Source: Bacillota bacterium (GTDB lineage: Bacteria > Bacillota > Clostridia > Lachnospirales > Lachnospiraceae). Taken from it: a stretch of DNA of 64,000 nucleotides. Positions 59,292-64,000 of this stretch are shown piece by piece. Positions within the stretch are counted from its first letter, which is position 1. Every line of letters starts with the position of its first letter. The translations under genes and the position numbers were made by a program. The stretch spans positions 20,137-84,136 of the forward strand of contig JAEYPZ010000059.1 of assembly GCA_023410275.1 (NCBI GenBank). The letters run 5' to 3'. The notes beneath the pieces are model-generated. The model was not told where the DNA came from and made no database searches. It was given only the letters and a program-made list of their open reading frames with translations.

Positions 59292-60663
59292 TTCTATCTT
59301 TCCTGTTTGTCTTCCAGAGGCCGGTTCCCATTGCGGCGAGTATGGCGCCAAGGAATACCATAGCGGCATTGTTGGTGGCAGTTTTGGGAAGCTTGCCTCC
59401 GGTCACAGTCTTTACAGGCTTGGAAGCAGTGTTATGGACGGAGGGACCGGGCTTCGTCACGGGAGTATTTTCTGCGTCGCCTATGAGTTCACTGAACATA
59501 TCGGCGCTAAGATTGATATCCATCAGGAATTCGGAAGAAGCCGTATAGATATCAATGCTAATCACTGCATTCTCCAAATCCTTGCCACTCATCAGGTCAA
59601 GCAGGGTCAGAGGTGTCTTTTTGCCATTTTCCAGAATGCTGTAAGATATTTTTATTTTCAGAACATCCTGGAGCTCCTGATAAAGCTCCTGGAACTGTGA
59701 AAGCTGGTCCAGGGTCATATCTTTATCGGATTCCGGCAGAGCCTCTGCTAAAGTCTGGAAGCGTGTCAGCAGCTCGATCAGCTTATTCTGTGTCTCTTCA
59801 TTGGTGTAGTAATCGTTTAGAGACATAAAGTACTGATAGGTTCGGGTATACTCCTCTTCTGTCAGACCAAGCTTAGCCGTTATGCCGGGATAATACCCTT
59901 CCAAGGCATCAATAAAATACTGATAGGTGATTTTACCGTCATCAAATTTTAAAATATCAAAATCCAGCTCATCAATAAATACATAATCCTCTATGGTTTT
60001 GCCCTGGGTGCTTAAACGGCTGTCAATATCCTCTTTGGACAGATGATATTCCCTGTTGAAATAATCCAGATTGCTAAGGTCGCTCTTGATGACATCTCCC
60101 AGAAAATCCTTCAAATCAGCAAATATTTCAAAGGTGCCAAGGGATTCGCCGTATTTTGAAAGGTAAGCCTCCAGCCTTTCCTGTGTCACGTCAAAACCGC
60201 GGATACTGCTGATTTCAGCCAGATAGGCAGTAAGCTTTTCTTCAAAGCCGGCCTCCTGCGATCCGGTGCCATCCCCCTGATAGAATGCAAGGCTGTTATC
60301 TAAATCATTGAGAAAGACGTAATCGTCAAGAGTCTCTCCGTTTTTCCCCAGCAGGGCCGTTAAACTCTCCTGATTTAATTGGAACTTCTCATAGATTGAG
60401 GTTAAATTACTATAATCGGCTTTTATAACCTCCCCCAAAAAGTCCTTAAGGCCGTCTGCGGAATCAAAATCAGATAAGCTTTCGGAATAGATATTAAGTG
60501 AATATTCCAAATCATCCTTTGTAACTTCCTTTCCTCTTTCACTGCTTATCTGGCTTAAGTAGGCTGTTAAATCAGAATCAAAATTACCTGTTTCCGCCGC
60601 CTTCACAGAAAGGGGCAACAGGCAGATAACCATTGCCAGCAGTAAAACACCAATTTTTTTCAT
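59272..60663 (-). CDS. Acidic sortase-anchored surface protein (LPKTA motif)
   Basis: Signal peptide, two ~110-aa internal repeats, GGKLPKTA followed by TM and basic tail. Confidence 0.82.
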   Translation of the reverse strand: MKKIGVLLLAMVICLLPLSVKAAETGNFDSDLTAYLSQISSERGKEVTKDDLEYSLNIYSESLSDFDSADGLKDFLGEVIKADYSNLTSIYEKFQLNQESLTALLGKNGETLDDYVFLNDLDNSLAFYQGDGTGSQEAGFEEKLTAYLAEISSIRGFDVTQERLEAYLSKYGESLGTFEIFADLKDFLGDVIKSDLSNLDYFNREYHLSKEDIDSRLSTQGKTIEDYVFIDELDFDILKFDDGKITYQYFIDALEGYYPGITAKLGLTEEEYTRTYQYFMSLNDYYTNEETQNKLIELLTRFQTLAEALPESDKDMTLDQLSQFQELYQELQDVLKIKISYSILENGKKTPLTLLDLMSGKDLENAVISIDIYTASSEFLMDINLSADMFSELIGDAENTPVTKPGPSVHNTASKPVKTVTGGKLPKTATNNAAMVFLGAILAAMGTGLWKTNRKDRNDADAA

Positions 60664-60798
60664 AAATCTCTCCTTATTGTTATTTATCGAACCGGAAAGC
60701 ACACGTTGTCCCGTTCTTATTTTATTATAGGGAAAGATGTTATTTAATTCTACTGGTGTATAATAGAAGGAATGGAAGAGATAGCCTGCCGTGGGAGT

Positions 60799-61116
60799 TT
60801 ATACATTTTCCAGACGGATATCGGTAACCCCGCCGGAGATATTCTGCTCCTTAAGCTTCTCGTTTGCCAGTTTCATAAGGTCTTCCCTGTAAATGGAAAC
60901 AATACCGGAAATAAGATTGTTCATATCCTGCTGGGGCAGTTCCCCAAAGGCGGCAGTAAGCATCCTTTCAGGGGCATCCCCCAGATTGGCAATCAGATCT
61001 GCGGCCTCTTTGGATTTCACATCCTTACGGGAGAGGTTTTCGAGCAGCATGGGAATCAGGCCGGAAACAAATTCGGCATAATTGATTTCATCAAATGTGA
61101 CTTCCAGTTTTAACAT
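60799..61116 (-). CDS. Hypothetical protein
   Basis: GGAGG RBS; similar architecture to the upstream neighbour. Confidence 0.65.
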   Translation of the reverse strand: MLKLEVTFDEINYAEFVSGLIPMLLENLSRKDVKSKEAADLIANLGDAPERMLTAAFGELPQQDMNNLISGIVSIYREDLMKLANEKLKEQNISGGVTDIRLENV

Positions 61117-61131
61117 AGTATTACCTCCGTT

Positions 61132-61374
61132 TTAAAAGTGTTTTACCCGGATTAGATTGATTTTAAGGGGGAGGGATTTTTTCTCCATACCTTTATTGAT
61201 TTCCCTTATGAATCTATCCTTGTTGGTATTTACCACGAATGCGGTTATCTGTTCCTTGGCGGGAAGTATGCGGATTCCGGCTTTTAGAAATAGGCTCTTA
61301 AATTCATTGGGTAAGAACCGGTCGGCAGCCTCATTTAAGTTAATATCCCGTACACTAAGTGAAAATTTAAGCAT
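61132..61374 (-). CDS. Hypothetical protein
   Basis: AAAGGAG RBS before MLKFSLSV. Confidence 0.6.
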   Translation of the reverse strand: MLKFSLSVRDINLNEAADRFLPNEFKSLFLKAGIRILPAKEQITAFVVNTNKDRFIREINKGMEKKSLPLKINLIRVKHF

Positions 61375-61791
61375 GGGTTTTTCTCCTTTCGCAGGTGGTT
61401 TCATGGGATTTATTATAAACCAAGAGGGGATATAACACAAGAAAGTGCGGCAGGACTGCAAAATATTCTGTATGCCATTGTTTCAGCCAGTACTAATTAT
61501 GATCATGGCTGCCACATAGGGGCATACATATAAAAAGGAATTCTGTTCTGAAAAGTGCCGGTACATATTAAATCCATCAGCAAATGAATATCGTTCAATT
61601 TAATACTTATTGGAAAACTTATTCATATTGATACTATTATAATAGTCGTTTTATTGACAATATATGTAATTTAATTTAAAATATAAAAGGAACATTAAAT
61701 TATGATTTAAAAGTTGGGAGTTGATTCCAGTGTATTAATTCTGCTACTAAAGTTCAATAAAATTTAGAGATTAAATAAGGAGTTAAATGTT

Positions 61792-62211
61792 ATGTATAAA
61801 ATTAGTAAAAGGAGGCGTATTTTATTTTGTATTTCATTAATACCAGTATTGATAGTTATCATTATACTGTGTGTTATGGTAACAAATAAAAATAAGATGA
61901 TTTTATCTGAAATGAAGGAACAAGAATGTATTAATTATATAAAAGATAACGGAATTACAATCCCTGCTGAATTAAATAATAATGAATTAGGAAAAACATT
62001 AAAATCTGTGATAAAACAGACAGAAAATTATATTAACCAAAAAGTAAGTTACGAAGATATATTGAAAATGAATCCTACTAATTATTCTGTAACATCCGAG
62101 TTTTTTATAGAAGTAAAAAAATTGGTTATGAAGTTCTATTTTCGCCAGATAGTTCGCTTCAAAAAGTCAGAGGAACTTATTAAAAAGCTCCCCTGGCTTT
62201 TTTATTATTAA
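61792..62211 (+). CDS. AT-rich hypothetical membrane-anchored protein, possibly 3'-truncated
   Basis: AAGGAG RBS, N-terminal TM; 3' end runs through a terminator-like hairpin. Confidence 0.55.
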   Translation: MYKISKRRRILFCISLIPVLIVIIILCVMVTNKNKMILSEMKEQECINYIKDNGITIPAELNNNELGKTLKSVIKQTENYINQKVSYEDILKMNPTNYSVTSEFFIEVKKLVMKFYFRQIVRFKKSEELIKKLPWLFYY

Positions 62212-62215
62212 AATA

Positions 62216-63372
62216 TCATTGCGTCAGCATAAACGTATTCCTTAAGCATAAGGCTCCATAGCCAAAAGTGGGATTGGGATATACCGGCTCAAAGCTTAAT
62301 TCCCTGGCGCCGGCTATTAAGTAAGCCCGCATCTTCTCCCCGTACATATAAGGGTCATGACCTTCTACAATACCCCATTGCATCATAAGGGCACAGCTTC
62401 CGGTTACAAAGGGTGTTGCCATACTGGTACCGGAGCGCACGGTGTAACCGCCTCCGGGAGAACAGGAGTTAATATTGACACCGGGAGCTGTCAGGTCCGG
62501 CTTAATTGGTGCTCCGTTTCTTGGAAAACCACGACCGGAAAAGAAAGCAAGGCTGTCATTGGAACCATCATAAGCTCCTACGGATATCACTCTTTCCGCA
62601 GTAGAAGGGATGGTAAGAGTCGTTTCTTCCGTGGGCCGCAGGAAAGCAGTCTGAGGATTTAATACGCCCCCGGAAGGCAGCCACATGTCATAATTTCCCA
62701 CAACAATACTTCTTGGCACCAATTCGATTGTCCATATGCCGGTTTCGACATACTCATTGACCGGTATGAATTCCAGGTAAATTTCCTGTTGCGGATTATA
62801 GGGGAGAGGCTTTCCATAATAAAGATAAATTTCTGTAGGTCCGATACGAAACTGCTGAGTGCCAAGGCGTTCGGGAATTGGGCCCACTCTTGTACCTCCC
62901 GGAGAAGTAATAACGATTTCAAATTGGTCATAGAAATTCTTCCAAATCTGAAGGTTAAAGGTAAATTCATATTCACCTACGGCAAGCTCTATTATTTCAC
63001 GGGAAGCTCCAGGCGTCATAGTCAGGACCCCGCTGGTATGTTTACTGGTGGTGCCCTCATTGCCTGTGCCGACACAGATGTTGATTCTTCCTCTGTTGGC
63101 GATTTCATTCATATAGTTTTCCAGAATAGAGTTACCGGTATGTGAGCCGTAATTGGTACCAAAGCTGATATTAATTGCCATGGGCTGCCTTAATTCCAGG
63201 GACCGTTTCACACAGAAATCAATGCCCTGCATTAGCTGGGTAGTCCGGGGAAAGGAATTGCTGATGGAAGAGCCGAGCTTTACAATAAGCAAATCACTCT
63301 GGGAAGCAACACCCCGGTATAGTCCATTGCTGGCTCTTCCGTTACCGGCAGCTATTCCTGTTACATGTGTCA
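62216..63372 (-). pseudogene. 5'-truncated CspA/CspB-like S8 subtilisin protease
   Basis: Homology begins abruptly at THVTGIAAGNG; jelly-roll insert, KPDLTAPG and SGTSMA present; prodomain and catalytic Asp region absent. Confidence 0.78.
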
Positions 63373-63620
63373 TGTGGTTGAATGCGAAAATGCGTATAGG
63401 TCTTGCTGGTATATTTTTACGGCATAATTGACTTTTGTACCGCAAGGGATGCTTTTGAATATCCATATTTTAAAGGAGTGTTGTTTGGTCAGATGTAATA
63501 ACCTTATAGCAAAATAGATAAACGTCAGGCAGCGGTTTTGATTTCAGTATCAAAACCGCTGCTTCTCTTTGTAAAGCAGAGTAATTGCAGAGCGTAATAA
63601 CACTGAATCGACATATTAAG

Positions 63621-63649
63621 ACACAAAATGACAATTATTTCATATAATA
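63621..63649 (+). promoter_or_regulatory. sigmaK-like promoter
   Basis: AC-N16-CATATAATA upstream of the cotA-like gene. Confidence 0.5.
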
Positions 63650-63694
63650 ATGTGAGGTTTTTTTAACCTTTTGAAGGAAGAGGGAGGATTAATT

Positions 63695-64000
63695 ATGGAG
63701 CATAGTTTACAGAATAGTCCACAAGAGCCAGAATATCTTAATGAACCAATAGCAGAAGTGGATCCGTCGAACCCGGAGACTATTCCGAAATTTGTAGATC
63801 CGCTGCCAATACCCTATAAAGCAAAACCTGTCAACAATTGCTGCTCATCCGATGAGGATGAGAATTTTTACCACATTTATATGAGTGAAGCAGAGCATCA
63901 ATTTCATAAGCTTTTTCCGAAAACAACTATTTGGGGCTATAACGGAACCTATCCCGGCCCTACGATCGAGGTTGCAAAGGACACAAAGGTGAGAGTAAAA
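63695..64000 (+). CDS. cotA: CotA-like multicopper oxidase, N-terminal part (runs off the window)
   Basis: Translated by hand: IPKFVDPLPIP...HQFH..FPKTTIWGYNGTYPGPTIEV; GGGAGG RBS. Confidence 0.8.
   Translation, partial: MEHSLQNSPQEPEYLNEPIAEVDPSNPETIPKFVDPLPIPYKAKPVNNCCSSDEDENFYHIYMSEAEHQFHKLFPKTTIWGYNGTYPGPTIEVAKDTKVRVK

Overview
Chromosomal window from an anaerobic spore-forming Firmicute; gene content and style suggest Lachnospiraceae, which is an inference. It begins with the tail of an alternative (probably Fe-only, anf) nitrogenase cluster. That cluster has two complementary nifB paralogs: one lacks the radical-SAM cysteines but keeps a NifX-like domain, the other is an intact radical-SAM core with no NifX domain. 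The window continues with apt-relA-MBL-hemZ-HD-GYP-aminopeptidase-aspS, a cold-shock gene, a corrinoid module (RACo-type ATPase; cobalamin riboswitch, DUF4430 protein and CbrT-like S-component), galM/upp, a YesMN-GH105-ABC-GH2 pectin locus, a Fur-boxed iron-siderophore ABC transporter, a LytTR two-component/YhfC module, a MATE pseudogene, a second GH2, an attenuator-led ABC-2 exporter, eno, and spore/cell-wall genes. The most striking non-coding signal is a dispersed family of ~240-nt rod-like hairpin elements (three full copies and one degenerate copy). Their stems keep the same lengths and pairing while the stem sequence is replaced, and the loop/junction motifs are conserved. All calls were made by eye; no searches were run.
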